DNA of 63,633 nucleotides, filler included, from Reticulomyxa filosa (GCA_000512085.1; 18 parts of 18 records of this genome joined end to end with filler, not necessarily neighbours in it); one strand, 5' to 3'. Counted from the first letter of the whole stretch, positions 27,034 to 39,900 are shown. Program-made: numbers and translations. The notes: generated by a model not told the origin, from the letters alone.

Positions 27034-27966
27034 TTGTTTTCAGATGCAAAATGCCGATATCAAATAGGAGAAAGTGATTCAAAGGTGAAAGAAGATGATG
27101 AACCAACTATTGAAAAAGAAAATATCTCCAAGATATTGGATTTTAGGAAGCATTGGAATAAATATTGGAGAAGATCCAATGCAGAAGCAGCAAAAACAGT
27201 TGAACAAATGATGCATAATAAAGAGAAAGGATTAATTGTTGTTGCATTAAATAAGAACATGAATGACAATCTTTATTCGATACTTGCTTTAACCAACGAC
27301 AATAAAATTAAAAGAAAGAAATTTGAAAACTATTGTATGTATGTAATAAAAAGGGACGTAGTTGTACTGATAGAAGCTATTGATGGAAATATATATGTTG
27401 TCGATTGTAAACTTGAGTGTGATGGACTTGTAAACGTTACAACTCAGATATTTGTTACAAGCAAGGCAATTGTTGATGAACGAGTAAAACAATTTGTTTA
27501 TTTAATTCCATGGAATACAAAAATGCATCATGATCTTCCAGTGCAATTTCAAGAACTTGAAGATAATGCAGAAAAATGTAGAAGACAAAGATTATTTGAT
27601 GAATCTGTTGCTTATTCGCAAAAATATGTGCAAATTGCAAGTGACAATTTTGAGTTTTACCATTATGTCACCATAGGCTATCATTTGCTTGGGATGATCT
27701 ACTATAACAAAAGAGAACATGAAAAAGCAGTTGAATACTATGAAAATGCGTTGACAATAAGAAAAAAAATATTCGGAAATATAAATGTATGTAATGCCGA
27801 TTTACATTGGAATTTGGGACTAACATTTGTGACAGTTGAAAAGATAGAAATAGCAAACAAATATTTTGAAGAAGCATGGAAGATATATAGTATAATGCTG
27901 GGAGAATGGAATATAGAGACATTGCGAGCAAAACGAAAGATGGAAATATTCACTACAAATCAATGA
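27034..27966 (+). CDS. TPR-repeat protein (5' truncated)
   Basis: C-terminal kinesin-light-chain-like TPRs: GYHLLGMIYYNKREHEKAVEYYENALTIRKKIFG; ADLHWNLGLTF...YFEEAWKIYSIMLG. Confidence 0.8.
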   Translation: MFSDAKCRYQIGESDSKVKEDDEPTIEKENISKILDFRKHWNKYWRRSNAEAAKTVEQMMHNKEKGLIVVALNKNMNDNLYSILALTNDNKIKRKKFENYCMYVIKRDVVVLIEAIDGNIYVVDCKLECDGLVNVTTQIFVTSKAIVDERVKQFVYLIPWNTKMHHDLPVQFQELEDNAEKCRRQRLFDESVAYSQKYVQIASDNFEFYHYVTIGYHLLGMIYYNKREHEKAVEYYENALTIRKKIFGNINVCNADLHWNLGLTFVTVEKIEIANKYFEEAWKIYSIMLGEWNIETLRAKRKMEIFTTNQ

Positions 27967-28242
27967 AAAAAGTAAAAGTACTGCTAATATTTTCTCTTTT
28001 TTGTTATTGTTTTTGTTAATTATGAATGCTGTTTTCTTGTTGGCATTTCATTCTTTTTCCTTTGACAAAAATTTTATAAGATCTTTTAAAAAAATATAAA
28101 AGAACATTGCTAAATCAACAACAGATTTGAAGAATCTGATCTAACAAATGGATCACTACTTCAAAAGCAACAGCAAAAAATTCGTATTATTTTCTTGTAT
28201 CTCTAAAAAAAAAAAAAAAGAAATTTTATTGTTGATTTATGT

Positions 28243-28941
28243 TATAATCCCCAAATTCGAATTTTACCATCAATAGACCTGATGCAATTGTATTACCATT
28301 TCGAGAAATATCCACACATTTCACACAATTAGAGTGTCCTTCCAGCGTTTGTACTTTCTTTCCTGATTTTACGTTCCACAATCGAATTGTATTATCGCTT
28401 GAACACGACACAATTGTTTGGCCATCTGGAAAATATTTTACATCATTTACGTGGCTTAAATGTCCTTTCAATACTTTCAATTCCATTCCTGTTTTAATGC
28501 TCCATATTCGAACTGTTTTATCCACCGAACAGGATACAATAAATTTACCGTCTGGAGAAAATTTTGCGCGCATTATATAATCAAAATGCCCTTTGAATTG
28601 TTTCAATGTTTTATCTGATTCTACATTCCAGAGTTTAATTGTTTTATCAGTTGATGATGATATAATCATTTTACCATTTGGTGAAAATTGTGTACTCAAT
28701 ACAGCTTTTGAATGTCCCAATAACTGTTTCATTTCCATTCCAGAATGTACATCCCATAATCGTATTGTACTATCTTGCAAACCTGACACAATATACTTTC
28801 CATCAGGAGAAAAGTCTACATCCCATATCATATTGGAATTTCTTTTAAATTTCATTATTTCATTTCCTGTATTAGTATCCCACAATCTAATTGTTCCATC
28901 ACCTGAGCATGAAACAATAATATGTTCATCTGGTGAAAATC
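28243..28941 (-). CDS. WD40-repeat protein (5' truncated)
   Basis: Tandem GH...FSPDGK.IVSCS.DKT.R.W repeats. The last repeat needs a 1-nt shift to read SGSIDGKIRIWGL*. Confidence 0.9.
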
Positions 28942-29041
28942 NNNNNNNNNNNNNNNNNNNNNNNNNNNNNNNNNNNNNNNNNNNNTTAATTAATTAANNN
29001 NNNNNNNNNNNNNNNNNNNNNNNNNNNNNNNNNNNNNNNNN

Positions 29042-30107
29042 AGTCATTGTCCATTAGAGTAATACAAAACTAAAAATCATATAATCCAACCAAGTGGAAT
29101 TTTGGAAAGAGGAACTCTTGGACAACTCAAATATACTTTTTAGTTTCTATAAATTTTAATACAATTTCATCATAAGTCAATTTTCAGTTATACTCACTTA
29201 AGGTCCCATAACATAGTCAAAACTGATTGTGGTCTAACTTTTTACCACACCGAGATTTTTTCACCGGAATTTCACAAATGTGTTTGCAATATATTGGTCT
29301 ATCATCCCAGATTGGTTTGGTCATTTTACGTTTTTTTACGTATTTTAATGTTCTTATCAATACTTAGGCCCTTTTATACCCCGTAATTCTTCCTTCATCC
29401 CCCATTACAGTACTCCAAGGCTAAACATCACACAACCCAACCAAGTGGCGTAAAAAAAAGAAGAGCATTTGGGCAACTCAAATATATATATAAGTTTGTA
29501 TAATTATTAATACAATTTCATTATCAGTCAATTTTAAATTATACTTAATTAAGACCATTACAGCCCAATAAAAACTGATTGCGGTCCAACTCTGTGCCAA
29601 ATCAATATTTTTTCACCGGAATTTCACCCCTGTGTTTGGAATTCATTTATCTATCGTCCCAAAGTGGTTTTGTAATTTCGAATTTTTCAAATTTGTATTC
29701 ATTTTTTTTTATAAACTCTAAATTCTTGAGTCATTGTTCATTACAGTAATACAAAACAAAACATCACATAATCCAACCAAGTGGCATTTTGGAAAGAGGA
29801 ACGCTTGGACAACTCAAATATACTTTTTAGATTTTATAAATTTTAATACAATTTCATCATAAGTCAATTTTAAGTTATACTCACTCAAGGTCCCATAACA
29901 TAGTCAAAACTGATTGCGGTCAAACTTTTTACCACACCGAGATTTTTTCACCGGAATTTCACAAATGTGTTTGCAATATATTGGTCTATCATCCCAAATT
30001 GGTTTGGTCATTTTAAGTTTTTTTACGTATTTTAATGTTGTTATCAATACTTAGGTCCTTTTATACCCCGTAATTCTTCCTTCATCCCCCATTACAGTAC
30101 TCCAAGG
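29042..30107. repeat. Tandem satellite: alternating 351/336-bp related monomers forming a 687-bp dimer
   Basis: The motif CCAACCAAGTGG occurs at 29086, 29437 and 29773. 29042-29420 is nearly identical to 29729-30107. Confidence 0.93.
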
Positions 30108-30269
30108 NNNNNNNNNNNNNNNNNNNNNNNNNNNNNNNNNNNNNNNNNNNNTTAATTAATTAANNNNNNNNNNNNNNNNNNNNNNNNNNNNNNNNNNNNN
30201 NNNNNNNTTGTTCAAGTTTTTTTATGCTGGCTTTTTTAATGCTTCTTTTTTGGTAACCAAGAATACCGA

Positions 30270-30722
30270 TTCAGTGGCCTTTGCTCACAGAAAAGAAAAG
30301 AGAAAGCGTGTTAGAAGCAAATCCTAGAAGTAAATAGGCGAATGACGACATTAGGGAAGTTTACTCAACGTCAGAGGACGCAAAGACAAAACGGAACGAA
30401 TGGCAATAACTTAACAATTGGCCCAACAGTCAAAAAAGATCAAGTGATTGGTTGGCAAGTATGTGGTCCACGTGGTCGAGCACAAGACTGGACAATTGGG
30501 AAAATATTAAAGGAAAGAAGATATTCATTCACAGCCACAGCCGAGAAGAAAATTATGCGATACATTAATGAAAAATTATCATGTGTTGCTTTAAACTATG
30601 ATGGTCAATTGAAGAAATCTGAGACATCAGGCGACTTAGAGCGAAACTACGAATTACCTGATGGCCAAGTCGTCACTGTTGGCGCTGAGCAATTCAGATG
30701 CCAAGAAGTTAAACTTGATTAA
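30270..30722 (+). pseudogene. Degenerate actin fragment
   Basis: [34 protein letters not shown]...[24 protein letters not shown] corresponds to actin residues ~191-259. The surrounding sequence is not continuous actin. Confidence 0.85.
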
Positions 30723-30723
30723 A

Positions 30724-31352
30724 TTTGAAACATTAATTGAGAAAGGAAGCCACAAAAAATGGTATGTTTGTGTGAAAAAAAAAAAGATGTAATAATTTTT
30801 TTTTATCTTTAAAAAAAAAAAAAATAGAGAAATTCAAGGACAAGCTCAACAGCATGCTCGATTGTACCATTTGCTAGGAATTGGACAATTGATAGCATGT
30901 GTGAGCAAAATGGATTGTCCTTCAATCAACCAAGCTCAAGATCGCTTTGAGGAAACCAAATCGATCAGTTGTATTTATAACATTAAAGGATTGGATGATG
31001 TGATCACTGAACGTATTAAACAATGAACAATTACTCATTGATGTCCCTGTTCGTCTTTATCCAACGAACAGCATTTTTTTTTTATTGAAATGCACCACAA
31101 AACAGTCGACAAAGCCGAAGCTGGTGGCAATGTATGTGTGAACTTGAAAAAAGAAAATATGAAACGCACTAGTGATTTAATGTGCGTTGCATGACTCTAC
31201 TGCAGATCCTAGCCCATCAAAACAAGCAGCCAAATGTAATGATTTGGTATTTGTTCAAGATCATTTAGGACAATTGAGAGCTGCAACTAGTGATGGAAAA
31301 GACAATTATAAAAGTGGCCAAGCTAAAGCTGTATTGACCAAAATGCCATAGT
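30724..31352 (+). pseudogene. Degenerate elongation factor-like (EFL) fragments
   Basis: IEKGSHK.. | EIQGQAQQHARLYHLLGIGQLIACVSKMD, QDRFEE, IEMHHKTVDKAEAGGNVCVN.KKENMKRTSDLM, LVFVQDHLGQL. Stops, frameshifts and large internal deletions are present. Confidence 0.8.
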
Positions 31353-33344
31353 CGTGTGACATCATTTGTGCAAATTATTGGGTACGTTAAAAACAATTAT
31401 GTATGTCTNNNNNNNNNNNNNNNNNNNNNNNNNNNNNNNNNNNNNNNNNNNNTTAATTAATTAANNNNNNNNNNNNNNNNNNNNNNNNNNNNNNNNNNNN
31501 NNNNNNNNAACCAAAAAATCTTATGAAGCAAACTCTGGAACATTTGTATTCTCCATGAAAAGTTAGTATTCATTGATTTTTTGATGATATTTATCACATA
31601 ACAACGCTTTATCTTATGCAAATATTATAAAAATGTTATCTTTTTTTATTATTGATAAATCAAAGTTTCATTTATAATATTCAAGCTGAATATTATCTGT
31701 GGGAATGTAGTGATATTTATTTAATATTTTTTTCGAATTTGTTAATTTCAATAACACGAAATTTGTTAAATAATGATCTAGAACAAATAAGCAAAGTAAG
31801 AAGAACAAAGCTGAGGAGTGAAGTGAGTGTGAACTAGATAAATGGAGTTCTGATGTTCACTTGGATTTCTGACAATGATTAGCACTACACGTACTACGTT
31901 CTCCTTTTAAAAGTAAAAAAAAGTGTATGATTTGACTAGGAAAACAAATATTAGATTTTCTTGCCATAAGGTTACAGTATTTATTGTATCACAAGTCAAC
32001 TTAAAAACCATTTTGCTTATGTTCAGAAAGAAAAGATATATTGCATGAGTTTTAACAAAAAAGTTTTTGAGTATCTCATATTTCGATAATCTCGCAAAAA
32101 AACAAATTAATAATTTGCTTTCATTTTCGTACAAACAAAAAACTAATGACTAACGAAAGTTAGTTTTGAAACGAAAACAAATTAAAGTAGCCCTTTAAGA
32201 AAAAAAACAAGCAAATCAAGGAATAAGACTGTGTATTGTCTTTCGACTTTATGGTTCATTTGTGAGAAAAATTTTAACATGTTTTTCAAAAAAAGGCTAA
32301 TAATATTCACTTTCTTAGACAGAATTTTTTGAGAAAAAGAAAAAAAGTTGTAAAAGATCAATTTAACTTTGAGCGTGAAAGGAAAAGAAAAAAATGTAAA
32401 CCTTGTAGTGCAAGCCCCTATTACACATGGTTGAACTCTTATGGAACTGAGGAGCTCTCGTTGGGTAAATTTCTCAACTAACTTTCTTCACTTGTTTTGT
32501 CTTTCTTCTTACTTATTGAGTTATTCATTTTGGTTATTTAATTTACTTTGTTTTACTGAAAGCCACTATCAATTCGAGTAAAACTTTTTCGTATTACATT
32601 TAGTGTAGCTACAGTATGTTGAAAAAAAACTGAACGCCTAAAACATATCTTATGATGATAATTGATTTTCNNNNNNNNNNNNNNNNNNNNNNNNNNNNNN
32701 NNNNNNNNNNNNNNTTAATTAATTAANNNNNNNNNNNNNNNNNNNNNNNNNNNNNNNNNNNNNNNNNNNNGAAAAAATTTGAAAGACTTAATAAAAAACC
32801 AAAATGATATTTAAAAACTACACGATTCATAGATATTTTTTTAAAAAAATTTTGATTAAATGTTGTTTTTTCATGAAGAAACACAATAATCTCTATAAGG
32901 TGGCATTTTAGGTGTCAACTTTCTTTTTTATCTTACTGTAAGCACTTAAAGTCAAAATCACATTTAAAAACTACACAATTTGTATATATTTTTTTTAAGA
33001 TGAAAAAAATTAGGTATGGATAAAATTTATTATCTCTATAATGTGCCGTTTTATATATTAACTTTATTTTGCATTCTACTGTAATTAAAATATAAGATAA
33101 AAAAACAATAGCACAAAGCAATTAAAGCAATGAAAACAAAAAAAATTAATAATCAAACAATCAAAACAAAAAAAATGTCAATAAACATCATAAAAATATT
33201 CCAAAAAATAATTAAATGAATTTTAAAAAATTAACGTGACTGTTAACTTTATTTCAAAAATTAGGGCAGTCTTTTTTTTAGCTGTCGATTGTAGCTTTTG
33301 TTTCTTGTCAAAATAAGAGTTAAGAACAACAGTTTCAATATCAT

Positions 33345-33960
33345 ATGATTGAGCAAAGCATTCGTGACGAGCAGAAACAGGACGAAAGCTGTTCTTGGGG
33401 GTGGATACACTCGATTAAGGCGGCCACTCTAGTGGCGATAAATGCTTTTTGCAAATGAAAGGCACCAACAAGTAGATTGTACAAAAAGTTATCAAACCAT
33501 GTAAACTCAGATATTGCTCTTTTGATTGTGGAGTATGCTTCGTCAAGGTCTGCGAAGCAGAGAGTAGCGCGTTTAAAAACAGGGACAAAGAAAGTTCCAG
33601 AATCGATTTTGTTCGCTACTACGATCAAGTGCCAAAATAGAAATTGAAACCGAATTATTACAAATGCACATTACTTGATAGTGCTTTTTTTGTTTATATG
33701 TTGGGATTCGTTGCTATTTTGCAGTCCGAGAATTGGCAGTATATCTCTCCTGAAAATGTGGTATGCGTCAGTATGGGTGATAGTTGTGATGAACTAAAAT
33801 CCAAGTATGTGTGTGCGTTTGAGATTGTGCCAGTCAGAGCATGTGCTATGGTATCGTCTCTAATACAAGTCCTTGCTACGAGGAGTATAACAAACGTGTT
33901 GTGAAACAAGAACAAAAGTATGGAGTTGGACAAAATGTAACTTGGTACAGGAAAAATCAG
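33345..33960 (+). pseudogene. Disrupted ORF of a probable membrane protein with a Cys-rich loop
   Basis: Coding-like composition across three frames, with an in-frame TGA (FCK*KAP), a hydrophobic segment, and a Cys-rich region ending QKYGVGQNVTWY. Confidence 0.35.
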
Positions 33961-34345
33961 ATCTTAATAGAAAATACCAACATTTGTTTTAAAATGAAAA
34001 CTCGAACTATGATTGATGTTAGAGTCACTAAAATAAGGAGTATCATATTCAATTGTTTTATTGTCGGCAAAAACTATCACGAACAAGCTGTTAAAAATGG
34101 CAAGTCCTGATTATTGCAATATAGACTGCACACAATTTGTTGTGTTGTACAAAGTAAATTTTTCTGTGCACAACTAAAAAAAATCAAATAAATTACAACA
34201 AATGACAATTTAATGTTACTTTGTTGTCTTCAAATTCTAAATAGAGGTACATCCAAAAAAAGTAAACTTAGTTTTTTTTGACCTGTCCTTTCCTCTCTAG
34301 TTTTTTGTTAATTTTTCTAACCACATTTCACTTTAAAAGAGAAAA

Positions 34346-35037
34346 ATGGAAGTAAAGACAAATAGCATTGCAAAAAAACCGATATTCTGTCAAGGTTATA
34401 AAAGTGTGGCAGGATTAAAATCTGAAGATGTCGCGGAAACGCATGTTACAGCTAATCTAAAAGGCGTTGAGGCTATCAAACCAACCAGTTTATCTTGTGA
34501 AAGTACCGTGATAAGCAGCGACTTTGAAATTTGGAAGGACGATACTGATCGCTTTACCAACTTTGTAACTAAATGCGAAATGAAGCCCACGGAGCTATTG
34601 ACATCAATCGAACAAGTTTTGCTAGATTTGAGACAACTCACATATCTTGGTCAGAAGGAGACGATATCTTTCTCGATTCATGAACCCAGCATTTTTTGTG
34701 AAATCGCTGTTAATGGGGATATTACCAGTCAATGTTCTATTACTGTATATTTGTTCGAAAATAAAAAGTGTTTATTGGACGTCCAGGAACTTTGTGGAGA
34801 ACACTTTGCTTTTAGCGCATTCTTCGAAGCTTTCAAGGCTGAAATGCGTCAAAAAGGCATCATTGCCCCCATTCCTGAACCAGTTTTGTATATACACCTC
34901 CAACGAGAAGAGGGGGGGGGGAATTTGTTGACATAGCAATGTTTTTGGAGTGGACCTTTCCGTATTTTTACAAAAACTAGGTTTTTTTTTTTGTACGTTT
35001 ATAGAATTTCTTCGAAATGGACGATTTCTCCTTCTGA
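34346..35037 (+). CDS. Small protein with a KA1-like (kinase-associated 1) domain and no kinase domain
   Basis: RFTNFVTK...ELLTSIEQVL...ITVYLFENKKCLLDVQELCGEHFAFSAFFEAFK resembles the Chk1/MARK C-terminal KA1 pattern (R.T.F...LVDF....GD...F..F). The last exon assignment (NFFEMDDFSF*) is tentative. Confidence 0.55.
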
Positions 35038-35719
35038 CGGACCATTTAAGTGGTGAGTTTTTCCTCGACTTTTCCTGTAGGAAGAAAAAAAACTGACTTC
35101 GAAAGAAAGAGATTGTATCTTTTTTTGCTTGAATGGCGTTTTTTTCTTCTTAAATTTCAATATTTTTTCTGCAGTGCGAATTTGACCACAATTAAGATAG
35201 TATCTGAGGGAGGATGCATGTGTCGATAGCAAAAAAATTTTCCCGGTTCGAGCAATCGACTCTGCGAAATAGGCCCATGCACAAAATACAAAGAAAAAAT
35301 TGTTGAAAAGTGTGTACGTACCAGAGAAAAACGTATTTTTTGTAGCACAACCTAATCTCTTCAGGTAGTAAGGCTCATAGAAATGACGAGTATCATTTTC
35401 AATGCAGATTTTCAAAAAAGCTTTTTGGAGGAAAGAAAAAAAAATAGAGGAAGTCTTCTTCATTTCGGCTCTAGAAACAAAGCATAAGTACCGATAATTG
35501 AGAAGTTTGTTCAGTATTCCTTTTTTTGAACGCTTTTCTTATCACTTCATTTTTATTTTGATTAAATTACACAAATGATATAATGACTATAAATACAAAG
35601 ATTTTCTAGTATTTCTGCCAAAGGTTATGCGGCAGTAATTAAAAGAAGAGCCAATCAATATGTTTATGAACTGAAGATGTCTAGGAGATGCATGAATTAA
35701 AAAACATCATTATCCGGTT

Positions 35720-38666
35720 ATGAACTTATTTTTCTCAACCGTGTCAGGCAAAGTTACTGGTGTGTTGGATTCTGTTGTCGGTGCCATTGCGCAACAAACT
35801 CATGGACAAGCTCAGCCAAAGCGCAGTCCGGACCTACTGTTTGCAGGGTTCAACCAAGATTGCACGTTCGTACTTCATAGGGAGAGGAATATGGGGACGA
35901 AGAAAAGGGGTTAAATATGAAAAAGCAAACCAAAACAAAAAAAAAAGGGGAGGGGGGGAACTAAATTACAGCCTTGATGTTTACAAGTGTATATAATTTG
36001 TTTTGCGCTACATCTTTGATGGTTGGGTGGGGTAATTCCGTTAACAGTTGCGTATCAGTAGTGTCACCAGACGAATATCGGATCTACCAATGTAATCCAT
36101 TTAAGAAAGCATTTGAATGTGAAGACAATCGTTGTAGACAAGTGGTAATGTTATTCGGAACATCGTTAATCGCACTGGTCGGTGGCGGTAGCACAGAGAA
36201 TGGGAACGAGTGTTTGCGAAGTGTACGTATGTACAACACACATTCTCGGAAAGAGATTTGTGAGTTGAAATTCAATGCGGTAGTGCGCAATGTGAAAATG
36301 AACAAATGGAGACTAATGGTGGCAGTGGAGCGAGCAATCCACGTGTTTGACTTGAAGACTATGAAGCCGATTCACACTATCGAAACATGTCACAACCCTT
36401 TGGGCGTGTTCGATTTGTGCAACGATGAAGACAATTGTCTGATGGCATACCCCCACCACAGTACGTGTTCCATTGCTCATTGTTCGACCAGTGTCAGTGT
36501 TACTGCCGCTTTTGCGAAAGCCACACATAAAAAAGATGATACAAAATCAGCCTTGTCATCATCATCATCTTCTTCTTCTTCTTCTTCTTCATCTTCGTCT
36601 TTGTTTTATTCGGATGGTTCGGAACATGGGCGTGAACATGACTCGCAGTTGGATGCTATTCGTCAAAACCACGCAATCTCAAATGTCGACACGTCGTCCG
36701 ACCATGCCAATAGTGCTTCCCATCATCGAAATGCAAAGGACGTGGCGTTGCACTCCAAGGCTGGCGGAGAATCGCAAGGCAAAATCGGCATTATCGACGC
36801 ATTGAATTTGCAAGTGCGGACCGTCATCGAAGCTCATGACGCCCCCATTCAAGCATTGGCCTTCAATACTCAAGGCAATTTGCTCGCCACTGCCAGCATT
36901 ACTGTTTCGTCTGTTTCAATTCTTTCAAATTCAATACACTTTTTTTTTTAAAAAAATAAAAAATAAATAAAAAGTAAAAATAAATAAATACATATATAAA
37001 TATATGTATTTATTTATTTTTTAGTTTTTTTTTTGTTTGTTTGTTTGTTTGTTTGTTTAAATAATAATAATAAAAATAAAAATAATAATAAATGGAACAC
37101 TTTTTTAAAAAAAAAAAAAAAAAAATGATTAGGGAACAGTGATACGCGTATTCACAGTGCCTATTGGAAAACATACACACAGCTTTCGTCGTGGCTCGCT
37201 TCAAACGAAAATCCAATCGCTGGCGTTCAATCACAACAGCACCTTGTTGTGCTGCTCCTCGAGTAGTCGCACCGTACATATCTTTGACCTCACGCAGACC
37301 CAGTTAATAGCTTATCTTTGTCAAGTGTGCAAAACAGTATTGTGTTGCCAAAGGTGTTCAGTCTTTTTCATTTATATATATATATATATATATATGTGTA
37401 TATGTATATACACGTGTATTGTATGTGTATTTCGAAAAATTGATGACAGGTTTTCCGAACAAACTGCAACTTCTGCAGTAAATATGGGGAATGACTATCT
37501 AACACAGACCGTGATGAACCGAATGGAACTTCCAAAGAGCTTTGCCCAGATTTCGTTGAAATTAGTTGAGTTTGATTGTTAATTAACCCAAACCCCCCCC
37601 CCCTCCCCCCCCCTACACACACATTACTTCCCTCACACACACACACAAAATGAATAACAATTGGCAATGACAATACTGTATAAAAGACTACAAAGGCAAG
37701 CAAGGATATAATCCAATGTGGCTTCAATGCTGATAACAGCGTGGTGGTGGCGACGCGGTCGGGGTATTTCTGTCGATACGAGGTCCTTGCTGAAGGTGGG
37801 CAATGCAAGCTGCAGGAAGAGCACTCGCTGAAGGCCTCGGCGAGGGAGGACGAAGGTACTGTCATTTTCAACAATGGTCATCTGTCCACCGAAGAAAAAC
37901 AGGCAGGCAAAGATGACCAAATTGATCAAGATGACGCCAAACAACAGAAAAGGAAACTGAAACAAACGGAATATCACAACAGCACCGAACAAAAACAACA
38001 GCAATGGCAACAATCGATGATACCTTCAACTGTGCTTGACACTGCTGCTGCTGCTGCTGACGTAGTCGAACAGTCATCGACAAGGAATACCAAAAAAACA
38101 CAAACGCAAAGACATCGAAAAAAACAGCGCTCACACAACAATGGCAATGCCGACGATTACTCCAACTCGTCCACTTTTACTAATCCCTCCGACCAAAGCC
38201 AAGGTGCTTACATCGCTGCCCCAATTTCGCATGATCATACCGTCAAAACGCAAGGTAAATCCCTCCTTCTCTCTTTCTCATGAGCTGGTGTTATTATGTG
38301 TACATACTTTGTGGTGTGTATACGTTTTTGTGCGTGCACATTAAATGAAGATCCAAAAAAAAAAAAAAAAAAAACATGTGACCACATTTTTTTTTATGTA
38401 TGTATGTACATAAACATATATGGTTTTTGTTTTTGCTTTTTGTTGTGGGATAAAAAAAAATAAAAAATAAATAAATAAATTGTTTTTCTGATTTTAAATA
38501 GTCCAACCAAATACTGTGCTGAACATATTGAATGGTGATGTTGCCAGTTTCGATCAACCCGGCAATCCTCCAAAACAAGCGACGAATAAACAAAAGTTAT
38601 CAAATTCTGGTGTTAATGTTGAAGCACATGGAAAATCGTCTTCTTCTGCTGTCCCAAAAAAAAAAA
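35720..38666 (+). CDS. ATG18: ATG18/WIPI PROPPIN autophagy protein, multi-exon, truncated at contig end
   Basis: FNQDCT, YRIYQCNPF, MLFGTSLIALVG, ICELKF, AHDAPIQALAFNTQGNLLATAS|GTVIRVF, and the phosphoinositide-binding FRRG motif. Confidence 0.92.
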
Positions 38667-39329
38667 NNNNNNNNNNNNNNNNNNNNNNNNNNNNNNNNNN
38701 NNNNNNNNNNTTAATTAATTAANNNNNNNNNNNNNNNNNNNNNNNNNNNNNNNNNNNNNNNNNNNNCAAGCATTTTTATTTTCATCAATACGAGATAAAA
38801 CCCCGCACATCGCGTTAACTTTTCGCGTTTTCCTCTATATCTCTTACAATATGGATTTGTCACAAAAAAGTAATCATACGCAAAAAGTATCAACATGACA
38901 AATGCATTAGAAAATATTTTCTTATTTTTTTAAGTTTGAAATATTCGACTTCATTTTCGGTTACGAAGAGCATGAAGCAGTTGACATTGTATCTAAATAT
39001 AGTAGAATGCAAAAGAAAATGGATTCTTTTTTCTTCTTTGAAATTGCCTTGCTGGCTATGCTTTTTGTGTTGTGCTTCTTCATTGTCATTGTACTTGTCA
39101 ATATGTTATTACTGAATTTGTCCATATGTATGACAAATGTGAAAGTAACACTGTAATTCATGTGTTCCAACAATCCGACGATTGTAGTCACTATGATCAA
39201 ATCACGAGACAGTAAAATGCAAGGACGACACAAGCAAACGCAAATGTGAAGTGATTCTCAAATCAACAGAAAATTTTGGTGTTAAATTGACGGAGAATAT
39301 ACATTACTTTTTTTTGATTGCTGCAGTGG

Positions 39330-39900
39330 GTGCGTGTTAAGTGTTGGCCTACTATATCGCTTCATCATCAACTTGTAATGCTTTTTGCACTATCTACATG
39401 CATAAACTAAGGTCTTTCAAGTTAAAATAGCACTTCGTTCTAAGAAATAGAACAAAGTACTAAAAAAACAACACAAAAACAAAAGAAAGACACTAAATCT
39501 TACAACGATCAAAAGGTCAATGCAAAAATAATCAAAAGAAAAACAATAAAGTATTTAAATTTAAATTGATATTTGCATTGAAGAAACTTGACAATTATTC
39601 AAATCTTTATCTTGGTATAGACTACAAACTTGATACTGACATCTAGTTTCCACGATCGATCGCCAATAATGAGTTGTTTCATTGGCAGACAATACATTGA
39701 TATCTTGAAGCAATTCTTGGATATTTGTCCACCAACTGCGATGTAATTGACTGTACTGCAGACATTCAGGAAGTGCTCGATAAAAAAAAAAAATTAATAT
39801 ATCACAGTCATCATTAATATTAACTTATCTAAAAAGTTGTATTTTGAAAGAGATTGAGGTTGGAAGCGTCAAGATACCTCGACATATCTTAAGTTTTGAA
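39330..39900 (-). pseudogene. Degenerate fragments of a repetitive gene family (homologous to 56895-58130)
   Basis: Minus-strand translations ECLQYSQLHRSWWTNIQELLQDIN and CYFNLKDLSLCM*IVQKALQVDDEA match plus-strand pieces in another contig. Confidence 0.6.

Noticed and set aside
29042-30107. CRISPR-like array
   Set aside because: Units are ~340 bp and homologous along their length, with no unique spacers and no cas genes; the context is eukaryotic.
31780-31900. Possible snoRNA/snRNA in a gene-free contig
   Set aside because: No convincing C/D, H/ACA or Sm-site arrangement. No tRNA, rRNA or snRNA was recognised by eye anywhere in the window.
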